18,332 nucleotides of DNA from Bacteroidales bacterium (GTDB lineage: Bacteria > Bacteroidota > Bacteroidia > Bacteroidales > UBA12077). The notes below the pieces were generated by a model, which searched no databases, was not told the origin of the DNA, and saw nothing but the letters and a program-made list of their open reading frames with translations. Within the stretch, counting starts at the first letter, position 1, and each line of letters starts with the position of its first letter. The translations under genes were made by a program, and so were the position numbers. Below are positions 1 through 8,675 of this stretch, piece after piece. The stretch lies in assembly GCA_028282585.1 (NCBI GenBank), contig JANQHR010000169.1, forward strand, positions 1-18,332. The letters are read 5' to 3'.

Positions 1-174
1 TTTGTAAATATTTAACTAAACAACACTGTATTTCAAAACTTGAGGGTTGCTGTTGTACAATTTACAAATTGTTACCTAAATAGTGAAGAAATACACGACT
101 GGCAGGCGAACTCGTTTTTTACAAATTTCTCAGATGCGGATTATTTTCTTGCCTACGGCAGGATTGGGAAATAA

Positions 175-216
175 TTTTCCCCCTTAGAGAAGGGGGTTAG
201 GGGATGAATTTTAAAA
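175..216 (-). repeat. Intrastrand-triplex-type (BoxC/PIT-like) repeat, diverged copy in opposite orientation
   Basis: The + strand reads TTTTCCCCCTTAGAGAAGGGGGTTAGGGGATGAATTTTAAAA, a diverged reverse complement of the AAATCATCCCCCTTTAATCCCCCTTCAAAGGGGGAAA motif at ~3328, ~8921, ~9210 and ~9787. Confidence 0.75.
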
Positions 217-280
217 TGTGGCTTACATAATATAGCACGGACATTATGCCTGCAATGTATAAAGCAGTCAATTTATATTG

Positions 281-2587
281 TCAAAATTTCCTTTTTGGTT
301 TATTGTAAATATTGAAGAATGGAATATCAACTGAAATAAATGCGCCAAACCTCCAATTCGGAGAATTTATAACTGCATTATTGCCAGAATCGATGGAGGT
401 TAATCCAGGCCCGTATTGGGCTCCTACTCCAATTGATATAGGTAAATCCCATGCCATTCCGTAAACAATATATCCACCGGGAGAAAATAAGTTGCCAAGG
501 GTTATTTCACTATTAATATAAGTGCTATCATTGGATAACTGGTAATCTACAATTGCTCCAACATCAATTAAAACGCCTGTAAGCGATAAGGACCCACCTT
601 TTCTGAAACCTGTGCTTAGAGATATTCCAATTGGAGCAGAAACCGCCCACTGCGCATTCCATGCTGTTTCTGCTTTTGATTCATAGTCAAACCTGTAACT
701 AGCACCAAGATATCCATTAATACTTACGTTAAAGTTTGAATTCTTTTTAATAGTAGTACTCCCAGAGGGTAAAGCAACAGACTGAATTAAATTTTTTGCA
801 TCTTCAGGTGTGTCTGCATGAACAAGCCCAGCCATAAAGTTGCCATATTTTATTAAGTCTTCCAACCATTTCAGTTCGTTCTGCTCAACAACAGCATAAT
901 CTTGTATAAGTTTTTTCACATCTTCCTGGTTATATTTCTCTATAAAAAATCTTCTCAATTCAGCTCTAGATTTAGTAGGAGGAATCTTTGCCCGTTCAGT
1001 TTTTATATAATACCGTTTTTCTTTTCTTATCTCTCTTTTAACATCGCGCTTTACTCTGCATATTTGCCTTTTTTCTTTCTTCAGTAAAATATTAAATTCG
1101 TTTGATTTTATATAACCGGTAACGAACTTCGCGGTATCGATAATATTAAATTCATTATCAGGAATATCCGCGGTTTTATTAATGTTAGATAAAATAGCTT
1201 TAAACAATTCAACCGAAGACATTACTGCAGAAGAATATTGCTGCTGATATGTAAACTTATATATTTCATTAGCATATCGTGCATATTCAAGGTAATCGTT
1301 ATAGGCATTTTTACCAGAGTTATATTTTTCTATAAATTTATTCCCAAATGATGCAACGTCAAGAAATGTATTTATGTAAGAATAAACCTGATTATTATCC
1401 ACTTTAATATTTTCTTTCTTTGCCTGGTTTATTTCCTTTGCCGTGTCATCAATTTTATTGATTAAATGGATAAATTCCATAACTCTATCTTTATACCATA
1501 GAGAGTCGTTCTGTTCTTTTATATGATCAGCTACTAATGTACCATTTATCTTTATGGGCTTATCTTTAATTTGTTGATATACCAAACCCAGAAATATTAA
1601 AGTTGTAGCTTCATTTTTTAACACCTTATTGTAAAAATCAGAAGAAGATACCCAGTTTCTATTATCTGATGTATCGGTTACAGATTCAGAAAAAATTACA
1701 GTTAGTTCTAATGAAGATTTAAAGTTCTCATAGTTTTGCCGGCCATCATTATCAAGTTTGTTTAGATCAATATCACTCAGTACTTGAGGTAACTGCTTAA
1801 TTAATTCAGGTGGTGAAAGATACTCTATTTGCCTAATAAATTTAATGCTATTTATGGCTATAACAGCCTCAGGTAATTGTTTTAAGTCTTTAAAATTCTC
1901 ACCTTCCTCAAGGAGTTTAATGACATGATCAGGTAAATTATTTAAATCTTCGTAGAATGCCTCTCGTAGCTGCGTTAACATTTGTGAATAGTGAAATGAC
2001 AATATATTACTTAGCCGTTGGGTTGTTATTGGAAATAATAATTTTATTTCATCATTCTCTTCTGTGAATTTTTTAAACCTTTCAAAGAAAGCAACATTCA
2101 ACTCATCTTTTGCACGCTCAATCATAAACATAGCAAGCCCTTCCGCTATATTGGCAACACTTATTCCAGCAACCGGATCTATATCAAATTTTTCAGCTTT
2201 TTCATTAATACCTTCTGCTAATCCAATTATATGATCAACTTCTTTTATTGCATCCGAATGCTTTTGCAAATCTTTAGGTGCCAGTGATTTGATATCCACC
2301 ATTTTCAAATTTGCTTTTTTATCGTAACTATCAATCAGCAGATTAAAGTATCCACGAAAAAATGGATTGTTGTTGTGAAAGTATTTCACTATTTCTTTAT
2401 TACTTTTTTCAACATAATTTTCTGGAACATACTTTTTTAATGTTCCAATATAGCTTGTATATGAACTATCAAACTGACTATTTACACTAAGTTTTTTTGA
2501 TAGCTCAATTGCATCGTAATATGCAATTTGGGCAAAGGACATTATATGTAATAGATTAACTACTACAAAAAGAACGAATTTCTTCAT
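281..2587 (-). CDS. Hypothetical exported protein, 768 aa; helical body and a C-terminal beta-strand-rich region (possibly outer membrane)
   Basis: Long ORF with a Sec-type signal peptide (MKK, hydrophobic core, SFA-Q). The last ~150 aa have Gly/aromatic-rich alternating strands ending in WRFGAFISVDIPFF. No family recognised. Confidence 0.85.
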   Translation of the reverse strand: MKKFVLFVVVNLLHIMSFAQIAYYDAIELSKKLSVNSQFDSSYTSYIGTLKKYVPENYVEKSNKEIVKYFHNNNPFFRGYFNLLIDSYDKKANLKMVDIKSLAPKDLQKHSDAIKEVDHIIGLAEGINEKAEKFDIDPVAGISVANIAEGLAMFMIERAKDELNVAFFERFKKFTEENDEIKLLFPITTQRLSNILSFHYSQMLTQLREAFYEDLNNLPDHVIKLLEEGENFKDLKQLPEAVIAINSIKFIRQIEYLSPPELIKQLPQVLSDIDLNKLDNDGRQNYENFKSSLELTVIFSESVTDTSDNRNWVSSSDFYNKVLKNEATTLIFLGLVYQQIKDKPIKINGTLVADHIKEQNDSLWYKDRVMEFIHLINKIDDTAKEINQAKKENIKVDNNQVYSYINTFLDVASFGNKFIEKYNSGKNAYNDYLEYARYANEIYKFTYQQQYSSAVMSSVELFKAILSNINKTADIPDNEFNIIDTAKFVTGYIKSNEFNILLKKEKRQICRVKRDVKREIRKEKRYYIKTERAKIPPTKSRAELRRFFIEKYNQEDVKKLIQDYAVVEQNELKWLEDLIKYGNFMAGLVHADTPEDAKNLIQSVALPSGSTTIKKNSNFNVSINGYLGASYRFDYESKAETAWNAQWAVSAPIGISLSTGFRKGGSLSLTGVLIDVGAIVDYQLSNDSTYINSEITLGNLFSPGGYIVYGMAWDLPISIGVGAQYGPGLTSIDSGNNAVINSPNWRFGAFISVDIPFFNIYNKPKRKF

Positions 2588-2645
2588 ATGTTATCTAATT
2601 TTAGGATTAAACCTTTAATCTTAAGCATTTTAAAAATGCCCCTAA

Positions 2646-2820
2646 TCGAAGCCAAAAGTATACGTTCTTCTGCCACTTAAGCAGGATGCCTTAGTGGGGT
2701 TCTCCTTCTCAAACCCTGCCGGTAGGCAGGCAGTGCTTCGGAGAACGAATAAAGTAGATTAAATATACGAAATAAAACGCTCGAAATCAAGTGTTTGTTA
2801 TTGAGTTATTTAAGACGTTA
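2646..2820 (-). promoter_or_regulatory. Putative promoter plus structured 5' leader, copy A
   Basis: Minus strand: CTTG (2788-2791), 20-nt spacer, TATATTTA (2760-2767), resembling the Bacteroidota -33/-7 boxes. Shares ordered blocks with 8676-8853 (+ strand: TCGAAG.CCAAA, TACGTTC, GCTTCGG.GAAC, AAGTGTTTG, ACGTTA). Confidence 0.55.
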
Positions 2821-2956
2821 GCATCTTTTATTGCACGCAAACTTTTATAGTTTAAGGCAAACAAGATTAAACGGTTTCAAGAATAAATTTTTGCGGGTTA
2901 AGGAAGTTTGGGTGTTATAAAGGTTTTCTTTTTTAATTGTTCTTTTCTTGATAAAA

Positions 2957-3122
2957 GAACCAAAATCAACCGAAATGTATGAATTTTGATAATCCATCCG
3001 TTTCTCGATCACGGTTCCCATTTCAAAAAAGCTTTTTGGTTCAGCTGATTGAACAAGGTAAGTTAATCGCATGGTGATTATCAACAATTCCGCTCACATT
3101 TCGGATTTTCAGCACACAAATG
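2957..3122 (-). ncRNA. Candidate structured RNA with interleaved (pseudoknot-order) inverted repeats
   Basis: Complementary pairs: GAACCAAAA 2957-2965 / TTTTGGTTC 3034-3042; CCGAAATGT 2970-2978 / ACATTTCGG 3096-3104; GAATTTTGATAATC 2981-2994 / GATTATCAACAATTC 3076-3090. An imperfect -7 box (AACATTTG) lies just upstream on the minus strand. Confidence 0.4.
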
Positions 3123-3273
3123 TTTTTCAAACCTGCCAAAAACAGGTACTATGGACATTAAAGGTTTTAAAATTAATGTGAAAATAGTGCATGGGCTATG
3201 CAAAATTGCGAGCCATGTCCCGATAACTATAATGATCACGGACGAAAGGAATAAATACGGGTTCTTTTCCTGT

Positions 3274-3414
3274 AAAGAACATCGAATATCGTATTGTGTA
3301 GAAGATGGAGTTATTTATAATTTTTCAAAATCATCCCCCTTTAATCCCCCTTCAAAGGGGGAAATTTCTTTCTAAACCTGCCTTTAGTTCGGGTTTCCAA
3401 CCCACAGTTGTTTT
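3274..3414 (+). repeat. 141-bp direct repeat, copy 1, containing the triplex-type motif
   Basis: Aligns without gaps to 9156-9296 with 7 mismatches by manual count. Confidence 0.95.
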
Positions 3415-3550
3415 TCGGTCCTAAACCTTTCTTTGTGGCAATGACAAAGAAAGTAATGAATCTAGTTTGCTGTAATACTACGATTATAAATTCTCCCCTG
3501 CCTGGCAGTAATGAAGGGGGGATTGAAACTCAATTTATTAAATCCCCCAA

Positions 3551-3711
3551 GGGGATGTCCAAAAAGTCTTAGTGTTCTTTGTGACTGCTTTGTGAAACTT
3601 TGTGGTATAATTATAAAAGGCTGTTGCACAGAGAACCACAAAGAAGACACAAAGCTACTCAAAGTAAAAAATACGAACAAAATTCAACTATTGTACTTTT
3701 TGGACACCCCC
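3551..3711. mobile_element. MITE-like element (161 bp) with 17-bp terminal inverted repeats
   Basis: GGGGATGTCCAAAAAGT (3551-3567) and ACTTTTTGGACACCCCC (3695-3711) differ by one mismatch. The interior is non-coding, with inverted CTTTGTG/CACAAAG arrays. Confidence 0.7.
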
Positions 3712-3736
3712 AAAAGAGGCGCAACTGCGCCTCTTT
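3712..3736 (-). terminator. Rho-independent terminator of the S46 peptidase gene (possibly bidirectional)
   Basis: Perfect inverted repeat AAAGAGGCGCA-AC-TGCGCCTCTTT about 25 nt after the stop codon, ending in TTTT on the minus strand. Confidence 0.8.
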
Positions 3737-3759
3737 ACTATTTTATGAAATAAATAATT

Positions 3760-5916
3760 CTACTCTACAAATGTAAGTTCATCAACCAAACGTTGTGCGC
3801 CCATAAATTTTTCGAGCAGCCATACAATGTACTTAATATCGGTACTTACGGTTTTTTGCATATCTTCTTCAAATTCAATATCGCCGGTCATGCCTTCCCA
3901 GTTGCTATCAAAAGCCAGGCCAATCAATTCGCCTTTTCCGTTAATTACCGGGCTACCGGAATTGCCGCCTGTAATATCATTATCCGTTATAAAACACACG
4001 CGCATTTCATCTCCATAGCCATAATTGTCATAATCTTTTGCCCGGTATAATTCTTTTAATTTATCGGGCACTATAAATTCATAGTTGTTTGGGTCTTCTT
4101 TTTCCATTACACCCTTTAGGGTGGTATAATGCTTGTAGTAAACCGCATCGCGTGGCATATAACCTCCTACTTTGCCGTAGGTTAAACGCATGGTAAAATT
4201 GGCATCGGGATAATAATTCGCAGCCGGGTTCATTTCCATTACTCCTTTTATAAACAACCTTTGACCCTTTTCCAAGAGTTCATCATAACTCCTTGATTTT
4301 TCGTTAAGTTCGTTGTATTTTTTATCAACCGATCGTGCCAACTGGAATAGCATATCATTCGCCAGGCTTTCGGCTGTTGGGTTGGCTACAAACTCGCCAA
4401 ACTTATCTTCGTTGGTAAATATGGAGTTTTTGTATAGATCTGCTACAAAATCATCAACGCTTGAGTAATTTTCCATGGCCGAAATAAAATACTCAGGCTG
4501 GTATTTTACATCCAAATCATCTTTCAACAATTGGAATAATACTACGGATATTTTCTGGTCTGTTTCTTTGTGGTAATCGCGGTAATACCTTTTGCCATAA
4601 GATTCGAAACGAGCCAGCATGTTTTGTAGTTTTTCCTTATCCTGCTTACGTTTACTTTTGTTTAACTCTTCATCTAAACTCAATAACCTTCTTGCAAAAT
4701 TTAATGGTTCGTTTCCCCAGCGCATTGTTTCGCCCAGGTATTGTGTTGCATTTACATATTCTTTACGTGCATTATGACCATCTTCAATCATCTTTAAGGT
4801 TTCACCATATTTTGATAATCGTGCTGCATCCTGGGAAACCCATTTAACAAAATCAAGTTCCAGTTTTTTACGCTGTTCTATTACATTATTTCTTTTAAAA
4901 CCAGCCATTTGTGCAATGGAATATTTCCAGTAATTGCTTGCTCCTTTATATTTAGCGGCATACATGATCCGGTGTGCCGGGCTAATCGACATGGTTTCGT
5001 TCATGATCTCCAACTTAGCACCGCGGATCTTAATGCGGTTAGGGTGCTCGATATCCATCAACTCCTTAATTCCATAAGTCGTCATGAAACGGTCTGTTGA
5101 GCCGGGGTTTCCCAAAATCATGGCAAAATCATCCGGCTGCACTCCTTTTAAAGAAACCGGAAGGTGATGTTTTGGTTTTAAAGGAATATTTTCCGGAGCA
5201 TATTCTGCAGGTTTTCCATCGGGGCTTGTATATACTCTAAAAATGGCAAAATCGGCTTTATGGCGAGGCCACATCCAGTTATCTGTTAAGCTTCCAAAAT
5301 CGCCAATAGATACCGGAGGGTTAGCTACCAGACGAATATCTTTAAATACTTCGTAAACCAAAACATAAAACTGGTTTCCGCCATAGTATGATTTAAATGC
5401 AGCCTCGTAGTGCGTGCCTTTAACAGCTTCTTTTTCGATTTGGGCAGCCAATTCATCCATCTTATTATTTCTCTCTTCCTCGCTCATATCATTTGTAAGC
5501 TGGCTATTCACTTTCTCCGAAACGTCTTCTACTTTGATAAGAAATTTAACGGATAACCCCGGGTTTGGCAACTCATCTTTAAAATCCTTTGCCCAAAAAC
5601 CATTTTTCAGGTAATCATTTTCAACGGTTGAATGTGATTGAACCTGGCGGTAACCGCAGTGCATATTCGTAAGCAATAAACCCTGACTCGAAATAATTTC
5701 TCCTGTACAGCCTCCGCCAAAAATTACGATTGCATCTTTTAAACTCGATTGGTTAACATGATAGATTTCCTCTGCTGACAGCTGCAAACCCATTTCCTGC
5801 ATCTTCTCCATGTTTACCTGGTTTAATAAAAATGGTAGCCACATTCCTTCATCAGCCTGCGATATTTTGAATATCGATGTGAAAATTAGAGCTAATACGA
5901 ATCCTTTTTTCATCAT
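3760..5916 (-). CDS. S46 family dipeptidyl-peptidase (DPP7/DPP11-like)
   Basis: Signal peptide followed by ADEGMWLP; GGGCTGEIIS..GLLLTNMHCG (catalytic His); DNWMWPRH; NDITGGNSGSPV (catalytic Ser); GLAFDSNWE. Confidence 0.95.
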   Translation of the reverse strand: MMKKGFVLALIFTSIFKISQADEGMWLPFLLNQVNMEKMQEMGLQLSAEEIYHVNQSSLKDAIVIFGGGCTGEIISSQGLLLTNMHCGYRQVQSHSTVENDYLKNGFWAKDFKDELPNPGLSVKFLIKVEDVSEKVNSQLTNDMSEEERNNKMDELAAQIEKEAVKGTHYEAAFKSYYGGNQFYVLVYEVFKDIRLVANPPVSIGDFGSLTDNWMWPRHKADFAIFRVYTSPDGKPAEYAPENIPLKPKHHLPVSLKGVQPDDFAMILGNPGSTDRFMTTYGIKELMDIEHPNRIKIRGAKLEIMNETMSISPAHRIMYAAKYKGASNYWKYSIAQMAGFKRNNVIEQRKKLELDFVKWVSQDAARLSKYGETLKMIEDGHNARKEYVNATQYLGETMRWGNEPLNFARRLLSLDEELNKSKRKQDKEKLQNMLARFESYGKRYYRDYHKETDQKISVVLFQLLKDDLDVKYQPEYFISAMENYSSVDDFVADLYKNSIFTNEDKFGEFVANPTAESLANDMLFQLARSVDKKYNELNEKSRSYDELLEKGQRLFIKGVMEMNPAANYYPDANFTMRLTYGKVGGYMPRDAVYYKHYTTLKGVMEKEDPNNYEFIVPDKLKELYRAKDYDNYGYGDEMRVCFITDNDITGGNSGSPVINGKGELIGLAFDSNWEGMTGDIEFEEDMQKTVSTDIKYIVWLLEKFMGAQRLVDELTFVE

Positions 5917-6147
5917 TATAAATTTTAGGTTAAAATCTTTTACAATATATCATTTCTATTTGATCTTGTGAAACAATCAAAGTTTAAAGAGTATTTTATA
6001 TATCTTGCTATTGGGGCTTTATTTAAAAGACCATGTTTCAAATTTAATTCCTTTGTTTTGATATAATTTCTTTTATACTTTTTTGAATAATCTAAAAAGT
6101 AATAAATCGCTTTATTTATAGGGGCTTTGCAAAATTATGCGATAAAT

Positions 6148-8598
6148 TTAATCGTAATAATTAACCATATTGATTGACCTTATCATTGCACTTTTCAGTT
6201 CAGGTGTTAAGGTGTCAAGGTCTTCATGATAACGATCTTCCAGATTCATAATATTTACTAAGATTTTTGCTATGATTTTTTTAGCATTATCATTTTTTAC
6301 CCACTCCGAATCATCCGAATCATTCTCATATCTTAAAAAATAAGTTAGATTTCTTGCTATCCTGTATTTAATAAAAAAGTTCCTTATGCTTCGTGGTGTT
6401 GCCCTATTCAGTTTAGTTATTAATTCCATTAAGAATACTTGTTCGTCAGGAGTAATTTGCGTTTCAACCAGATTTACTTTTACTTCACTGACAACATTAG
6501 GTTCCTCAGTATTTTCATTAGGTTCCTCATTTAAATTATTATTTTGTCCTACACTATTAAAATCAGTTACAGGAGCTGAAACATCCTGTTTTGATGAACT
6601 CTCCGGAAGTTTATCAACAACCTCTTCCGTTTCTATTTTCATTTCGTTTGGCTCATTATTAAATTCGTTAATTTCTGTTTCTTCAATATAGGGATCGGTA
6701 ATACCTAAAAAGATTTCTTGTATTTGCAGAGAGTCTAATTCTTCTAATTTTAAACCAACTAAGAATAATTTATCGAAATACTCAATTATTCTAAACTCTA
6801 AGGAATCGGATTCTACCTTATTTTCATATTTCTTTCGAATAGCACTTTTTAAAATGGAGTGATCGATTGCAGCAATAACAATTAAGCGCTTTTGAATATC
6901 CGGGTCGTTTAACATGATTCTTATTGAATCTACAATGTCAATTATTTTTTCATCATTACATCTATCTATATCATCAATAAATAAGACAATGGATTTGTTC
7001 CAGGCTTTTAAAAGATGCTTTAGTTCGCACTGTATTTCGTGTTGTAAACCTAAGTGTTTTGAATAATCTACCTTTTTTCCAAATGTTTTTATATAAGTCT
7101 TTGTTTTTGAAACTATTGGTTTGCTAAAAATATTTAATCCGGTGTATAGAGTTAGTAGGGCAGGAGGAATTATGAAAGTAATGATATCATCGAATGAGGT
7201 TATTTTTAAACTAATATGTTTTCCCGCTAAAAATCCCAAGTAAATCCCTATAATACCAATTATAAAAAATAAAAATTGATTAAAGCTCCTATAAATTGAC
7301 AACCATAGTGATAATATACCATTTACAATGGTTGTAAATGGTGTTAGAATTACATATTTAGGTTTTAAATAATAGTTTGATGCTATGGTCTCGTATAAAT
7401 ATCCCCAAATTGCAGGTGTATTTTGATATTTCCATGCATGAAACTCAACTGTTTTATACTTTTTTTGGTCAAAAATAGCTTTAAGTTTTTTCCACATAAA
7501 TGTTTTTCCTCTTCCCCATTTACCAAATAGTCCATAAAACCTGTCTTCTTGCGATGTGCTTGTTGTTTTATTTGTGCTTCCGATAATTATATTAGCAAAT
7601 ATCTTTGCAACTTCTTCTACTTTTAAAAATGATTTATCTGATTCGGAGTTAATGCTTATATCGCTGTATGTATATTTTAATTCATCTTCTGCCGATATTT
7701 GTTTAGAGTCATGCGAATCTGTAATACTCAAATTATCAATTATATCGAAAAGCTCGGGTAATTGTTTATAAAGTTCCTCAAGAACACGAACAACATTTTC
7801 TGTACCTATTTTATTTATTGCATACCTGGTTCCTCCTAAACCGGGCAGATCGATTTCTCTTATTTGTTCCCAATTAACCGATAAATTACGTCCATTTCGA
7901 GCATTGCCGGTTATTATTCCTATCGCTTTTATGCGCAAATCTCCTCTTTTTCCTTTTCTTACAGTAGATTTTAAAAGAATTATATCTCCAGCTTTTGCCT
8001 GATTTACAACTCCGGTTAACTTCTCCTTATGACCGTTCTCCCAAATTCCTTCTTTAAGAAAGCGATCCAATTGATTTCCTTCATCCCAGTTATGACCGGC
8101 TGCGAAAAGGTTTCTGCCTGAATTCGATATTTCTTTTATCCGATTTAAGGCATTTGCATCTATTTCTCCGTTAGTGAACCATTTTTCTCTTATATCGGGA
8201 AAGGCATCAAGTTGTTTATTAATCCATTGAATATCTAAAATTTGAAGTTCGAAAACGTTAATTAATTTCCTGTTTTTTAATTCATTATTTACAGCTTGTA
8301 TGGCCCCTTCATCGTAAAACTGAAAATTCAGAAGTATAATTGTCTTAGGTTTATGATTTTCATATAAGTATAATATCTGATTCACGATATCTAATGCCAT
8401 ATCTTCTTTTAAGCGATCCCATTTTATATCAATAATAATTTCGTACCGCTTATTTCTATCGATTCTTACAAATTTTGCAGATGATACTTCATCATCCGGA
8501 TAAGGGCTAAGTTGAAATTTAAAAACTCTTTCCAATAGTTCTTTACCAAGACCTATTACATCAATATTTTTATAATCACTTATTTTTTTTACTTCCAT
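6148..8598 (-). CDS. KAP-family P-loop NTPase with two TM helices and N-terminal nuclease-like and EVE/PUA-like domains
   Basis: Walker A GLFGKWGRGKT; VEFHAWKY; two hydrophobic helices inserted in the NTPase domain; Walker B VLFIDDIDRC; EYFDKLF; TPRSIRNF. All are KAP hallmarks. The N-terminal domain calls are less certain. Confidence 0.9.
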   Translation of the reverse strand: MEVKKISDYKNIDVIGLGKELLERVFKFQLSPYPDDEVSSAKFVRIDRNKRYEIIIDIKWDRLKEDMALDIVNQILYLYENHKPKTIILLNFQFYDEGAIQAVNNELKNRKLINVFELQILDIQWINKQLDAFPDIREKWFTNGEIDANALNRIKEISNSGRNLFAAGHNWDEGNQLDRFLKEGIWENGHKEKLTGVVNQAKAGDIILLKSTVRKGKRGDLRIKAIGIITGNARNGRNLSVNWEQIREIDLPGLGGTRYAINKIGTENVVRVLEELYKQLPELFDIIDNLSITDSHDSKQISAEDELKYTYSDISINSESDKSFLKVEEVAKIFANIIIGSTNKTTSTSQEDRFYGLFGKWGRGKTFMWKKLKAIFDQKKYKTVEFHAWKYQNTPAIWGYLYETIASNYYLKPKYVILTPFTTIVNGILSLWLSIYRSFNQFLFFIIGIIGIYLGFLAGKHISLKITSFDDIITFIIPPALLTLYTGLNIFSKPIVSKTKTYIKTFGKKVDYSKHLGLQHEIQCELKHLLKAWNKSIVLFIDDIDRCNDEKIIDIVDSIRIMLNDPDIQKRLIVIAAIDHSILKSAIRKKYENKVESDSLEFRIIEYFDKLFLVGLKLEELDSLQIQEIFLGITDPYIEETEINEFNNEPNEMKIETEEVVDKLPESSSKQDVSAPVTDFNSVGQNNNLNEEPNENTEEPNVVSEVKVNLVETQITPDEQVFLMELITKLNRATPRSIRNFFIKYRIARNLTYFLRYENDSDDSEWVKNDNAKKIIAKILVNIMNLEDRYHEDLDTLTPELKSAMIRSINMVNYYD

Positions 8599-8675
8599 GG
8601 TTTTTAAAAAATTTGAAGTACGATATTAAAATAATTTCTGCTTAAATAAACTTAATCTTTTAATTAAGCTCCGTT

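Noticed and set aside
2845-3087. 80-aa minus-strand ORF
   Set aside because: It has a TTG start, overlaps the structured element and has no recognisable motif. A small gene from an internal ATG cannot be fully excluded.
3151-3753. Short ORFs 3151-3375, 3462-3680 and 3511-3753
   Set aside because: They read through the triplex repeat, MITE and terminator and show no protein-like features.
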